Origin: Leptolyngbyaceae cyanobacterium
GTDB taxonomy: Bacteria; Cyanobacteriota; Cyanobacteriia; Phormidesmidales; Phormidesmidaceae
Assembly (NCBI GenBank): GCA_965263355.1
Contig: CBDHHL010000032.1
Location: forward strand, 1,280,001 to 1,344,000
Reading direction: 5' to 3'
DNA: 64,000 nucleotides
Made by a program: the position numbers and the translations under genes. Shown piece by piece: positions 50,717 to 61,148 of this stretch (within the stretch, counting starts at the first letter, position 1; the number at the start of each line of letters is the position of its first letter). The notes beneath the pieces are model-generated. The model did not search any database and was not told where the DNA came from. It was given only the letters and a program-made list of their open reading frames with translations.

Positions 50717-51463
50717 TTATCCAACCGCATTAATGGCCTTAACCGGTCCCATGCCCACAGGCTGATGATTATTAGTATGCAGCCGCTCAATATTTAGCCG
50801 ATAGCCAACATTACGAACAGTCTGAATCACACTGGGCTGACGCGGATCCACCTCAATCTTTTTGCGCAACGACAACACATGGGTATCTACTGTCCGTGGA
50901 TTATCAATCGCATCGGGCCAGGCTCGTCGCAGCAGATCCGCCCGACTCAACGGAGACCCCTCGGCCTGGGTAAGCACATAAAGCAAACTAAATTCCTGGG
51001 GCGTCAGATCAATAAACTGCTCTTTAAAGCGCACACGACGCTGCACCAGGTCAATATTTAGATCCCCATAGGTCAAAGACGCAGGGGCCGTGATCTTACG
51101 ATTACGTCGAGTTAACGCTTCAACACGGGCCAAAAACTCTTGCATCCCAAAGGGCTTTTTCAAATAATCATCAGCCCCCGCCTGCAGTCCTGCTACCACA
51201 TCCGGTTCGCCCGACTTAGCCGAAAGAATCATCACTAGCGGACGTCCCCGCTGCTGAAACCACTGGCAAAGTTCCAAACCACTCCCATCCGACAGATCAG
51301 TTTCCATAATCACCAGACTAGGCTGGGCCGTCTGAAAGGTTTCCTTAGCCCGCACAATGTCCGCAGACTGGTTCACCCGGTAACCTGCCTGCTGAAGATG
51401 CCAACTAAGTAGCGATCGCAGGTGGGGATTACCCTCAATAATTTGAATACACGTAGAGGCCAC
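50717..51463 (-). CDS. nrrA: OmpR-family response regulator NrrA (Rre37)
   Basis: IEGNPHLRSLL.WHLQQ N-terminus typical of NrrA, OmpR winged-helix domain and a canonical NtcA promoter. Confidence 0.82.
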   Translation of the reverse strand: MASTCIQIIEGNPHLRSLLSWHLQQAGYRVNQSADIVRAKETFQTAQPSLVIMETDLSDGSGLELCQWFQQRGRPLVMILSAKSGEPDVVAGLQAGADDYLKKPFGMQEFLARVEALTRRNRKITAPASLTYGDLNIDLVQRRVRFKEQFIDLTPQEFSLLYVLTQAEGSPLSRADLLRRAWPDAIDNPRTVDTHVLSLRKKIEVDPRQPSVIQTVRNVGYRLNIERLHTNNHQPVGMGPVKAINAVG

Positions 51464-51503
51464 AGCTAACCAAGAAGCCCAGGCTTCATAACACTCTCGT
51501 AGA

Positions 51504-51545
51504 AGAGTATCAAAGACTATAGGAATATTTTGTAGTTGCGGCTAC
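51504..51545 (-). promoter_or_regulatory. NtcA-activated promoter of nrrA
   Basis: GTA-N8-TAC (51532-51545), followed on the minus strand after 22 nt by a TAN3T -10 box (TACTCT, 51509-51504). Confidence 0.85.
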
Positions 51546-51944
51546 GGGCTGAAGGGGCATTCACATTTATATCTGCCCTTGGTGCAGTTACCCAAAGCAC
51601 ACAGACACTAACGTAAATCTACTGATTAACCCTATACGATTTACAAAGGAAGAGTGCCTTCCCTTGGTTAAGCTGATAAAATCTTAGAGAGAATACTGAA
51701 AAAACAAGAAAAGTTTACATAAAGCTGAGCGAACGAATAATTGGTGCGAAAATAAATATATAGCTGTATCTACCTCTTCAGTTTTCGTTTTACACCTGTT
51801 CTTTCGTCACTACATTTACCCTACCCCCACTGGTAAATGTCAGTTATTTAGCAGAACGTCAATCAGCAACCCCCCATTATTTGACTCATCCACAGCAATA
51901 GTAAACCGGTCCCAGACTAACGGTATAGAGGAGGCCCTTACCTT

Positions 51945-52193
51945 ATGCTCCAAGATGCAAAAACAATTCGCTACTACCAAAGAATTACAGACGCCCTAGT
52001 TGATCAATGGCATCGTGGTTATCGTGTTGATGATTTACGGCGCTATATTGCAGGCTACTTAGCAGCGCTCCGTCATTCTGATGCATTGGAACCTTATCTT
52101 GTTCATCGTTTAGAAGAAGAAGTTGGACGGTTTCTATTTGATTCATCAAACTTCGCCATGGTTCAAGCTCAGCCTGAGCATGACTATCGTTAG
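51945..52193 (+). CDS. Small conserved cyanobacterial protein (DUF6761-like)
   Basis: MLQD..TIRYYQR.TDALV..W.RGY...GYLAALR; GAGGAGG RBS. Confidence 0.75.
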   Translation: MLQDAKTIRYYQRITDALVDQWHRGYRVDDLRRYIAGYLAALRHSDALEPYLVHRLEEEVGRFLFDSSNFAMVQAQPEHDYR

Positions 52194-52274
52194 GAACTAT
52201 TATCAAAAGCAAAGCGAGGCAGCCATAAATACTAGCCCCGCTTTATTTTTTATGTTCGAGGTATAAAGCCTTAT

Positions 52275-52598
52275 TTAGGAAGCTAGGGCAACTTCAACCA
52301 TCTCTTGAAGCTTGCCATTCTGATATAGCTCAATCATGATGTCTGAGCCCCCAATAAACTCACCATTGATATACACCTGTGGAATAGTGGGCCAGTTGGA
52401 ATATTCCTTAATACCCTGACGAATATCGTAGTCTGCTAGCACATCAACGGTTTCGTAAGATGCACCTAGGGAGTTGAGAATCTGAGCAACGTTATTGGAA
52501 AAACCACATTGGGGCATCAGTTTAGTGCCCTTCATGAAAACAAGAATTTTGTTGGATGCGACCAAGCTGTCGATTTTTTCTTTGACTTCTGGAGACAT
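52275..52598 (-). CDS. grxD: Monothiol glutaredoxin (Grx4)
   Basis: PQCGFS, WPTIPQ and GGSD. Confidence 0.95.
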   Translation of the reverse strand: MSPEVKEKIDSLVASNKILVFMKGTKLMPQCGFSNNVAQILNSLGASYETVDVLADYDIRQGIKEYSNWPTIPQVYINGEFIGGSDIMIELYQNGKLQEMVEVALAS

Positions 52599-52745
52599 AG
52601 CTTAAGCACCTTATTTAGTAAGCTAACTACTTGCCGTAGCTGATTTATAGGGTAAGTCAATCTAGCATTAATGCCATCGACCAACCCTGTTCAGATTGAA
52701 TCTTTTTGAGGATCAGGGATGAAACTTATTCTAGTTCGATCTGAT

Positions 52746-52838
52746 CAGCCGTCCCCTCAGCTTTGCTGAGCCGTCCCCTCAGCTTTGCTGAGCCGTCCCC
52801 TCAGCTTTGCTGAGCCGTCCCCTCAGCTTTGCTGAGCC
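52746..52838. repeat. 22-bp tandem repeat (about 4 copies) at the bolA stop
   Basis: Unit GCTGAGCCGTCCCCTCAGCTTT with an internal GCTGAG/CTCAGC palindrome. Confidence 0.92.
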
Positions 52839-53074
52839 CACTCCCCAGGGGTAAAGGTTTTAAGGGTAAGTGCATGGAGATCACCAGAGGCCATGGCTGC
52901 ATTGACGCTGCCATAAACCAGCTGATGCTGTTTAACCAGATTAAGCCCTGCAAAGGAGGTGGACACAATGGTTGCCTGGTAATGATCTTGGGTCCCCGTT
53001 AAGTCCTGTATAGTAACTTCGGCATCGGGTAATTTAGCTTTAATCAGTTGTTCTATTTGCTCAGAGGAAATCAT
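52823..53074 (-). CDS. bolA: BolA-family protein
   Basis: DHY...IVS..F.G..LVKQHQLVY and LHAL.LKT.TP. ATG at 53074; adjacent to grxD. Confidence 0.9.
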   Translation of the reverse strand: MISSEQIEQLIKAKLPDAEVTIQDLTGTQDHYQATIVSTSFAGLNLVKQHQLVYGSVNAAMASGDLHALTLKTFTPGEWAQQS

Positions 53075-53141
53075 AGGAAAGCCTGAAAGAAGTTGGAGGA
53101 AATACCTTGGATGTTGGTGGGCATCGCCCACCCTACGGTTC

Positions 53142-54167
53142 TTACGGTTCAGAAGTGGCTGTCTCTTCGTTGACAATATAGGGCTGGGCAACAAACCCAA
53201 TTTCAAGCAACTGATCATAGGCTTGTTTCCCCAAAGCGCGGGTGGGGTTTTGACTACCCAGCACTTCTACCAAGAGAGGTATCGCCAGATTAGGCTGCTG
53301 TTGTGCTTGATAGGCTTGTGCCTGCTGCAACGTAGCTTGATCTCTAAGTTCAGCAGCTTCCAGGGCCTTTTGACGCATCTCGCCACTAACGCGTCGGTCG
53401 ATCCCCGTAAACGTATTGTATAAATTCTGATAGTGGCTAGAGGATGTATTCAACGTTTCCCTGGCTGTTTGTAAACGGGCTACTGCTGTAGCATAGTCGC
53501 CAGCAGCAGAGGCACTTTCAGCCTCTGCCATCAAAAGTTCAGCGGCTCTGATACCGGTAGGGCTATCGTCTTGGTTTAGGGGACGAGCAACGTCAGCAAC
53601 GGCTGCACTAGGGTCTTCAGACCCTGTACGACGGTAAGGTCGACTGACAAAGCCCAGTTCAAATAACTGGCGATAAGCATCGAGACCCAAATCACGTCCG
53701 GGACCTTGGCTCTGAACCACTTCTACCAGTAGGGGGACAGCCAATTCTGCCTGACCTTGGGCACGATAGATCAGAGCCTGCCGGAATGTGGCCTGGTCAC
53801 GCATTTGAGCTGCATCAAGGGCACTGTTACGAAGCGTACTGCTAATCTCAGAATCAACACCTGTAAAGGCTGCAGCAATATCTTGGTAGTTATTAGATGT
53901 TTTATTTAACGTCTCTCTGGCAGTTTGAAGTTTTTGGATGGCCAAGTCGTAATCTTGGCTGTCAATGGCGGCTTCTGCTTCTGCCAGCAGATTCTCACCA
54001 GCAGCAATGCCTAAGCCATCATTAATACCTGATTGTGCTAGGAGTGTGGGCTGTGCTACTTCTGCAATTTCTATGGCAGGGGCAGCGGGGGCCATCAAGG
54101 CTAAGCTAGCGGCTGCTCCTAAAACGGAGAACAAACCAGGTTGGAAAATATGTGATAAGGAAACCAT
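53142..54167 (-). CDS. Exported TPR-like helical protein with two tandem homologous modules
   Basis: Signal peptide; repeated LQTARETLN...RDQAT...A.PLLVEV..SQ.P.R.LG..AY.QL.E.GFV. Confidence 0.75.
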   Translation of the reverse strand: MVSLSHIFQPGLFSVLGAAASLALMAPAAPAIEIAEVAQPTLLAQSGINDGLGIAAGENLLAEAEAAIDSQDYDLAIQKLQTARETLNKTSNNYQDIAAAFTGVDSEISSTLRNSALDAAQMRDQATFRQALIYRAQGQAELAVPLLVEVVQSQGPGRDLGLDAYRQLFELGFVSRPYRRTGSEDPSAAVADVARPLNQDDSPTGIRAAELLMAEAESASAAGDYATAVARLQTARETLNTSSSHYQNLYNTFTGIDRRVSGEMRQKALEAAELRDQATLQQAQAYQAQQQPNLAIPLLVEVLGSQNPTRALGKQAYDQLLEIGFVAQPYIVNEETATSEP

Positions 54168-54454
54168 GGAGCCGACTACTGAATTGATGACAAGTCTAGA
54201 TTAAGTTAACGATTTATCAACGATTTGATAAAAGGTCACAATTTGCTCCACAAAGGAGCCTTAGGCTTAGATCCCTACTATAAGTTGTCCACGTCCAGAA
54301 CTGTAGTTTATCCCTAGAAGAAACAACCGTAGAAGAAACGACCATTTTTAACTCGGGCGTGGTTTATCGTTACAAAGGGTATCAATACACAAGTTTTAGA
54401 TTTCCAGGCATTGTGCCTATTGTCAAAGTGGATGTTGTCCGTAAGAGACCTGAC

Positions 54455-56554
54455 ATGATCGCGGCGGAAAGCTTACAAGGGGTGAGTCCAGAGCAAGCAG
54501 GAGTGATTTTGCAGCGCGGTGGCGAAGAGCTACGGCTTTACAAAGTATTCGATTGGCTAACGGTTCGATTTGAGGCCACAACGGAACAGGCAGCGCTGTT
54601 AGATCACCTCAAAAAACAATGGCACCCTCTGGCTGTGAGAGTGGTGGCTCAAGGACAGCTGGTGGCCCTGAAGGTACGTCGGCAACAGCTAGAGTCTTGT
54701 TTACACATGGCTCGGCAAATGAACGGCATAAGCTTTGCCAGCCATGTGTATGAGTTAGCGGCTAGCCCTGGGACCCATCTTTACTTACTCGAGCAGCTAA
54801 CGGTGCAATTTGCAGCAGAATTGCCCCTGAGAACCATTGATGAACTCACAGCAGAACTGGGTCTGGTGCGGGAAAAAGGATTAGATGGGGCCGAACGCAC
54901 CTATGTTTTTCGAGTCGGTAAGACTGCGGTAGAAAACCCAATTAAGTTGGCTAACCGTTTAATGCGTGTCGCTCAGGTGCTGGTCGCTGAACCGAATGTC
55001 GTCGTATCTACGGCTCCGCTCTACCGCCCTCAGGATTCGCTTTATAGCCAACAGTGGCATCTACATCATCAGGGTGGTCGTGGTCTAGCGGTAAATTCCC
55101 ATATTTCTGCAGAAAAAGCCTGGGACATTACCCGAGGCAGCCGCGCAGTGGTGATTGCAGTGAGTGATGATGCCTTTGACCTAAATCATCCAGACCTGTT
55201 GGGGATGGGTAAATTGGTGGCTCCTGCCGATCTCAAGCATCGGGATGGGTTACCGATGCCTGGTGAGGACTATGAAAATCATGGTACTGCGGTGGCTGGA
55301 TTAGCTGTGGCAGAAGAAACGGGCACAGGCATAGTGGGTGTGGCCCCAGGCTGTAGCTTTATGCCCATTCAAACCACTGGTTATTTAGATGACATCTCGA
55401 TTGAACGGCTGTTTGACTGGGCTGTAGCACAAGGTGCGTCGGTGATTTCCTGTAGCTGGTCACCAGCAGCGGTATATTTTCCCCTATCGCTGCGTCAGCG
55501 TAATGCCATTAATCGGGCGGCGACAAAGGGCCGTAATGGTAAAGGCTGCGTGGTTTTGTTTTCGGCAGGTAATGCCAATCGACCGCTGAATGGTCAAATA
55601 CGTGAGTTGGGATGGCCTCAAAATGCGCTGCGGGGGGTAACTCAGTGGCTTGGAGGATTTGCTATGCACCCGGATGTGATTACGGTATCTGCTTGTACGA
55701 GCTTGAATCGGAAGGCAGTTTATAGCAATTGGGGCAAACATGTATCGGTCGCTGCCCCTAGCAATAATGGACCGCCGAACATGTCACTACCGGAGCGGGG
55801 ACTAGTAGATACAGGACCAGTGGTTAAAGGCACATTTGATGGCTTGGGCATGACCACAGCCGATCGCCTTGGTCGGACTGGCTATAGCAGAAGTGATTAC
55901 ACCAGTGGCTTTGGTGGCACATCCAGTGCTTGTCCGGTGGTAGCTGGCGTAGTAGGGCTAATACTGTCAGCTAATCCAGACTTGCAGGCAGGCGAAGTCA
56001 AACAAATTTTGCAGGATACCGCCGACAAAATAGAGGATAAAACCCCTGACCCCCAACTAGGGTTGACCCATGGCACCTACGACAACCGTGGGCATTCCCG
56101 CTGGTTTGGGTACGGTAAGGTCAATGCCTACAAAGCGGTTAAAGCGGCCCGCGATCGCTATTTGGCGAATCGACGCCTCAGTAAAACAATTGAGCAGTTG
56201 AGTGCAGTAACATTATCCCTACCAGCTGATAGAACAGCGATGCAACGAGCGGGAATTACGATTAACCAACATGGTCGGCTCCAAGATATTCAAGTCTATG
56301 TAGAGATTCACCATGGCTTTCTGGGTGATCTTTCCATTTCAGTCATGTCTCCCCAAGGTAAATCGATACTATTACAAGGCCGCACCCTGGGACGGCAAAC
56401 ACAGCTACGCAAGACCTACACCTTTGAAAATACGCCAGCGCTGAGTCTGTTAATGAATACAGGGATCCATGGTCGTTGGCAGCTCAAGATTCTGGATCAC
56501 AGTGAAACTCACCAAGGGCAGTTGTTGCAATGGTTACTCAAACTAGGTGTCTAA
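54455..56554 (+). CDS. S8 (subtilisin/kexin-like) peptidase with a proprotein-convertase P domain
   Basis: Catalytic D (VSDDAFD), HGTAVAG and GTSSACP; oxyanion AGN; C-terminal H...GDL...GRWQL. Start uncertain (GTG at 54359 possible). Confidence 0.9.
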   Translation: MIAAESLQGVSPEQAGVILQRGGEELRLYKVFDWLTVRFEATTEQAALLDHLKKQWHPLAVRVVAQGQLVALKVRRQQLESCLHMARQMNGISFASHVYELAASPGTHLYLLEQLTVQFAAELPLRTIDELTAELGLVREKGLDGAERTYVFRVGKTAVENPIKLANRLMRVAQVLVAEPNVVVSTAPLYRPQDSLYSQQWHLHHQGGRGLAVNSHISAEKAWDITRGSRAVVIAVSDDAFDLNHPDLLGMGKLVAPADLKHRDGLPMPGEDYENHGTAVAGLAVAEETGTGIVGVAPGCSFMPIQTTGYLDDISIERLFDWAVAQGASVISCSWSPAAVYFPLSLRQRNAINRAATKGRNGKGCVVLFSAGNANRPLNGQIRELGWPQNALRGVTQWLGGFAMHPDVITVSACTSLNRKAVYSNWGKHVSVAAPSNNGPPNMSLPERGLVDTGPVVKGTFDGLGMTTADRLGRTGYSRSDYTSGFGGTSSACPVVAGVVGLILSANPDLQAGEVKQILQDTADKIEDKTPDPQLGLTHGTYDNRGHSRWFGYGKVNAYKAVKAARDRYLANRRLSKTIEQLSAVTLSLPADRTAMQRAGITINQHGRLQDIQVYVEIHHGFLGDLSISVMSPQGKSILLQGRTLGRQTQLRKTYTFENTPALSLLMNTGIHGRWQLKILDHSETHQGQLLQWLLKLGV

Positions 56555-57021
56555 GAGATATTCCTAAGCAATTTGTCGCGTAGACAAACACCTTGTTTCG
56601 TAAGAGTTTGAGCTTACGGCATATATAGCGAAGTGAGTTAGTAACACAGCCTACCCATTTTTTTCTCTAGGAATGCTAAATTGAGTATATGCCGATTTTA
56701 TGAGCGCAATACTCAGGCATAACGCATGCTTATTGTATTGGCTTACTAGTAATACCTGCATATTCTTAAATTAGAGCTTTTAGCAGATTTGAGGATACTG
56801 TAGGCTAACCTCAACGTATTAGGCATCAGGGTTTTTATTCGATGAACTGGCTAGTGTTAATTAAGAATGCTAGTGAGCTGTGTGAGTGAGTTCTTATCTT
56901 GAGATAACTAGATTCGTAACTGGTTCCTGAAGGTATCAATAGTTACGCGAATAGTTAGGTGTTTACGGCAAGAGCATCGGCTTTCTGCTAACTACTGGTA
57001 GGAAAGCTTTCAAAATCAGGA

Positions 57022-57243
57022 GGATGACTGGATTCGTAGTTCAGCTTCTCGACGAGTACCAGCGGCCAATAGGACGCTGGTGTGAAAGGCTCTCAAAATC
57101 GGGATGACTGGATTCGTAGTTCAGCTTCTCGACGAGTACCAGCGGCCAATAGGACGCTGGTGTGAAAGGCTCTCAAAATCGGGATGACTGGATTCGACGA
57201 GTACCAGCGGCCAATAGGACGCTGGTGTGAAAGGCTCTCAAAA
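57022..57243 (-). repeat. tRNA-3'-derived tandem repeats (80, 80, 65 bp) downstream of tRNA-Pro
   Basis: GGATGACTGGATTCG recurs at 57022, 57102 and 57182, and in the tRNA at 57247. Confidence 0.92.
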
Positions 57244-57317
57244 TCGGGATGACTGGATTCGAACCAGCGGCCCCTTCGTCCCGAACGAAGTGCGCTACCA
57301 AACTGCGCTACATCCCG
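57244..57317 (-). tRNA. trnP: tRNA-Pro(CGG)
   Basis: Reverse complement CGGGATGTAGCGCAGTTTGGTAGCGCACTTCGTTCGGGACGAAGGGGCCGCTGGTTCGAATCCAGTCATCCCGA folds as a cloverleaf; anticodon loop TTCGGGA. Confidence 0.95.
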
Positions 57318-57728
57318 TCTCAGCTGAGCTTAAGCAACCACTAATGCAGGCAAATTATATTTGACCTATGGGTGTTGCTTAACGCTGATACCAAACTAGG
57401 GTATCACACTAGTTTTAGTGTGGCGTCTTGGCAAAGTTAGTAGAGATTAATCAGGAGTAACGCTTAGCAAATCCAAAGAATGCACGATGATGACCGGAAG
57501 CTTTACCGATTTTTCAAGATTATCGGCCTAGGTTCGTTAGTTTCTTTATGTATCTAACGTTTCAATCTGGTTTTATACGTGCATCCTTAACGTAAGGGTG
57601 CAATCTGTTCTGATTTTTACTGACACATATTAATTTTGCCGTTATGACGCGCTGCAATCTGGCACAAATAGGTGAGGAATCACTGAGTCTGTCAATGTAG
57701 CGAAAAATGACCGCTTAGGAGAACATCC

Positions 57729-58220
57729 GTGTTTGCTCTCAATCTTGACTGTTCATCCACTGCCGATACTTTAGAAGCAGGTGTATTGAACATTGCCAAT
57801 GTTCCGACAGGGTTCGATTTTCAAGCTTTAAATTCCCTAGAAATGGTGACCAACCAATTTGCTGGGGTGAGTTTTGGATGTGCGATCGCACTTATCCCAT
57901 CCAATCCACGTTTTGTGGCTCAGCCAGAACAATGTGTGATCATGCCAACTGGTAATGAGCATTGTTTGTCCATTGCCTTAGACGACACCGTTGACTCATT
58001 TTGCCTATGGGGGCGTTGCACCCAACCAATGATGATAAAGGTTTTAGAAAGCACAGGCAAAGTGCTACAAATACATACCGACAAAGCATTTCGGTGGCCT
58101 GATAGTTCAGAAACGGCATTGCTTCCTCTGCAGATTCTGAAGCTAGAGAATATGACTCAAGTGGCCATGATTGAGCTATCTGCCGATGCGCCCTTTACCA
58201 TTGAAGGCCTATCTATTTAG
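57729..58220 (+). CDS. Hypothetical protein
   Basis: GTG start with an AGGAG RBS; F..AIAL.PSNP motif seen in cyanobacterial hypothetical proteins. Confidence 0.6.
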   Translation: MFALNLDCSSTADTLEAGVLNIANVPTGFDFQALNSLEMVTNQFAGVSFGCAIALIPSNPRFVAQPEQCVIMPTGNEHCLSIALDDTVDSFCLWGRCTQPMMIKVLESTGKVLQIHTDKAFRWPDSSETALLPLQILKLENMTQVAMIELSADAPFTIEGLSI

Positions 58221-58459
58221 TTGGTGTTTAGTAGGTGTGCGCTATTTGCTTAGATTCAGTTCAGATTGATGAGTATTTAGGCAACTCTTCTACGGTTGAT
58301 AAGTCTATTTCAGTAATAGCCAAAGTGGCCAAGTCAAAAAACTCTGTCAAGGAGTATTCCCCTCTAGCATTTGCTGAGGTCACTGTTTAAACTGCTGAGG
58401 GAATCAGGATCTCACTTTGCATCTGTGAATTCCTTACATGTGGCATTACTGAAATCATT

Positions 58460-59923
58460 ATGGCAACTGTATTATCTCCATCGGTATTTGTAGGTAAATC
58501 AATCAAATTTGGTACAGATGGTTGGCGCGGCATGATTGCAGCCGACTTTACCTTTGAACGAGTAGAACTCGTGGCAGCCCTATCTGCCAAAGTGCTTGAA
58601 GAATGCTATGGCAGCAATGGTAGTCGTACAGTGATTGTGGGGTACGACCGTCGATTTCTTTCCCCTGAATTTGCTGGCCATGCCGCTGAGGCAATTGCTC
58701 AAGCTGGTTACGATGTCTTGTTGTCCGATTGCTTTGCCCCCACCCCTGCCTTTAGCTGGGCTGCCCATGAAAAAGGTGCCCTCGGGGCAATTGTGATCAC
58801 AGCTAGCCATAACCCAGCCGCGTATTCCGGCTTAAAAGTCAAAGGTGCATTTGGTGGCTCAGTCCCCCCGGATGTGACCAAAAAAGTTGAAGCGTTGCTG
58901 CCCCAGGGTAAGCCTGTGGCTGGGACGTCAGGCACCATCACAGCCTTTGACCCCTGGCCCAGCTACTGTCAGGCATTGCAGAGCATGGTGGATATCGACG
59001 CTATTCGAGGTGCGATCGCAGATGGCAAGCTGACCGTATTTGCCGATGTCATGCATGGGTCCGCAGCCAGTGGGTTTGAAAAAATTCTAGGGATGCCCAT
59101 CAATGAAATCAATGGCGATGCCGATCCCTTATTTGAAGGCGGTGCCCCCGAGCCGTTGCCCAAATATATCCCTAAGCTCTTCAAAGCCGTTAAAGAACGC
59201 TATCAGTCCGGTGCCGATGGCTTAACCGTTGGCATTATTTTTGATGGTGACAGTGACCGAGTCGCTGGCATGGATGGCCAGGGCGAGTTTTTAAGTTCCC
59301 AAGTGCTGATTCCGATCTTGATCGAGCATCTAAAGGCACGGCGTGGGTTTGACGGTGAAGTGATCAAAACCATCAGCGGTTCTAACCTGATGCAAAAGGT
59401 GGCTGAACTCCATGGGTTAGCCGTCCATGAAACCCCCATTGGCTACAAGTACATCGCTGATCGCATGTTAGAAACCAAGGTTTTAATTGGCGGTGAAGAA
59501 TCCGGTGGCATTGGCTACGGCCATCACATTCCCGAACGGGATGCATTGCTATCGGCGCTATATTTGCTAGAGGCCGTCGTGAAAAGCGGTAAAGATTTTG
59601 GTCAACTAAACCAGGCATTACGCCAGCAAACTGAGTTTTCAGGGGCCTATGACCGGATTGATTTACCCCTAGCCAATATGGACGTCCGGGCCAAGCTGCT
59701 AGATAGTTTACAAAATGCCACACCCACTGAAGTAGCAGGCAAAGCAGTCCAGGAAGTACTGTCCATTGATGGATATAAATTCACCCTGGCCGACGGCAGC
59801 TGGTTGCTCATCCGCTTTAGTGGGACTGAGCCAGTCCTGCGACTTTATTCCGAAGCCGCAACCCTCGAAGAAGTGCATAAGCATTTGCACTGGGCTAAGG
59901 ATTGGGCAAACTCGATAGCTTAG
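58460..59923 (+). CDS. Phosphoglucomutase/phosphomannomutase
   Basis: FGTDGWRG, TASHNP, FDGDSDR, GEESGG and RFSGTEP. Confidence 0.95.
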   Translation: MATVLSPSVFVGKSIKFGTDGWRGMIAADFTFERVELVAALSAKVLEECYGSNGSRTVIVGYDRRFLSPEFAGHAAEAIAQAGYDVLLSDCFAPTPAFSWAAHEKGALGAIVITASHNPAAYSGLKVKGAFGGSVPPDVTKKVEALLPQGKPVAGTSGTITAFDPWPSYCQALQSMVDIDAIRGAIADGKLTVFADVMHGSAASGFEKILGMPINEINGDADPLFEGGAPEPLPKYIPKLFKAVKERYQSGADGLTVGIIFDGDSDRVAGMDGQGEFLSSQVLIPILIEHLKARRGFDGEVIKTISGSNLMQKVAELHGLAVHETPIGYKYIADRMLETKVLIGGEESGGIGYGHHIPERDALLSALYLLEAVVKSGKDFGQLNQALRQQTEFSGAYDRIDLPLANMDVRAKLLDSLQNATPTEVAGKAVQEVLSIDGYKFTLADGSWLLIRFSGTEPVLRLYSEAATLEEVHKHLHWAKDWANSIA

Positions 59924-60041
59924 CCTAGGTCACCCATAGGGGGAGCCCCTACGAATTGTTCTACTTGAATTGGGATTAGAACCATGTCCTAAAAGACATG
60001 GTTCTTTTTTATACTGAAAAAGTCTTTGACTCAGCTATTGG

Positions 60042-60788
60042 ATGGTCGCCGAAGTTGTTACGTTTACCCCCATTGCCTATATTCAATCTTGCTATCCCGA
60101 GCGGTTTGGTATTCCCCGTCAGGCGGGGTTGGTAGAGTCGGCCTATGCCGATATTGTTTTTGAGGCAACAGAAGAGAATAAGCTGGCGCTGAGAGGCATG
60201 AAAGACTTCTCTCATCTATGGGTGTTATTTATATTTCACGGTCAGACCTATGGAGACTTTAAACCTTTGGTGAGACCGCCTCGGTTGGGTGGCAATAAAA
60301 GTGTAGGCGTCTATGCAACACGCAGCCCTAATCGCCCCAACGCCATTGGCATGAGTGCGGTAAAACTGTTGGACATAGCTAAAAAAAAGAGAGAATTACG
60401 ATTACAGGTACAGGGAGGAGATTTTTTAGATGGCACTCCAGTGATTGATATTAAACCCTATGTTCCCTATGCGGATGCGATTGAGTCAGCCCATGGAGCT
60501 TGGGCTATCAAACAGGAAAGATTGTTACCAGTTTGTTGGAGTGATGAGGCCGAAGCCATATTAGTTGCGAGTGTAGATCCTGGGCCAGAGAGATTACGCT
60601 GTTTAATCGAGGAGACCTTAGCTCAGGATCCGAGGCCAGGATATGAGCGAGGAAAGGACGGACGCGAAGGTCAGCGTTGGAATATGCAAGTGAGTCACTA
60701 CAGTGTGTTCTGGATAGTAAAAAATGGCATGGCTGAGGTGGTGAAGATGGATTGGGTTGATCGAAAAATCCCCCAGAGACCCGACTAA
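60042..60788 (+). CDS. trmO: tRNA m6t6A37 methyltransferase TrmO (TsaA)
   Basis: FGIPRQAG, FSHLW..F.FH, ATRSPNRPN.IG.S, DGTPVIDIKPY and QDPRP.Y. Confidence 0.92.
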   Translation: MVAEVVTFTPIAYIQSCYPERFGIPRQAGLVESAYADIVFEATEENKLALRGMKDFSHLWVLFIFHGQTYGDFKPLVRPPRLGGNKSVGVYATRSPNRPNAIGMSAVKLLDIAKKKRELRLQVQGGDFLDGTPVIDIKPYVPYADAIESAHGAWAIKQERLLPVCWSDEAEAILVASVDPGPERLRCLIEETLAQDPRPGYERGKDGREGQRWNMQVSHYSVFWIVKNGMAEVVKMDWVDRKIPQRPD

Positions 60789-60818
60789 TTTACAATAAAC
60801 AATTTTATAATAAACAAT

Positions 60819-61148
60819 ATGACTTACACCCTTTCCCAGTATCTGACCTTCGACAAATTTGTTGCCCAATATGGCAACGATGCTCAGTATGAACTGGCTG
60901 ATGGAGAACTCATTGAGATGGAACCGACCGGTCCCCACGAAGCAGTCGGTGGTAAGCTCGCCGCCAAAATTAGTATGGCCATTGCCCAAGCTCAACACCC
61001 TTGGGTTATCCCGCGCACCTGTTTAATTCGTCCAGCCAGTTTAGACGACGATGAGTATCGTCAAACAAATTATCGATTAGGAGACTTAATCGAATCACGT
61101 CTATTATCTGATTTACAGCTACGGCTCGATGATGTTTTGCCTTGGTAA
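60819..61148 (+). pseudogene. Uma2-family gene with an internal deletion of the catalytic core
   Basis: The Uma2 N-terminus (YELADGE..EM.PTGPHE) joins directly to the C-terminus (EY......GD.I.S..L..L.L). The PD...EV core is missing. Confidence 0.75.

Noticed and set aside
52746..52838. Mini-CRISPR
   Set aside because: Head-to-tail units with no spacers.
57022..57243. CRISPR array
   Set aside because: The intervening sequences are identical rather than unique spacers, the repeat derives from the tRNA, and there are no cas genes.
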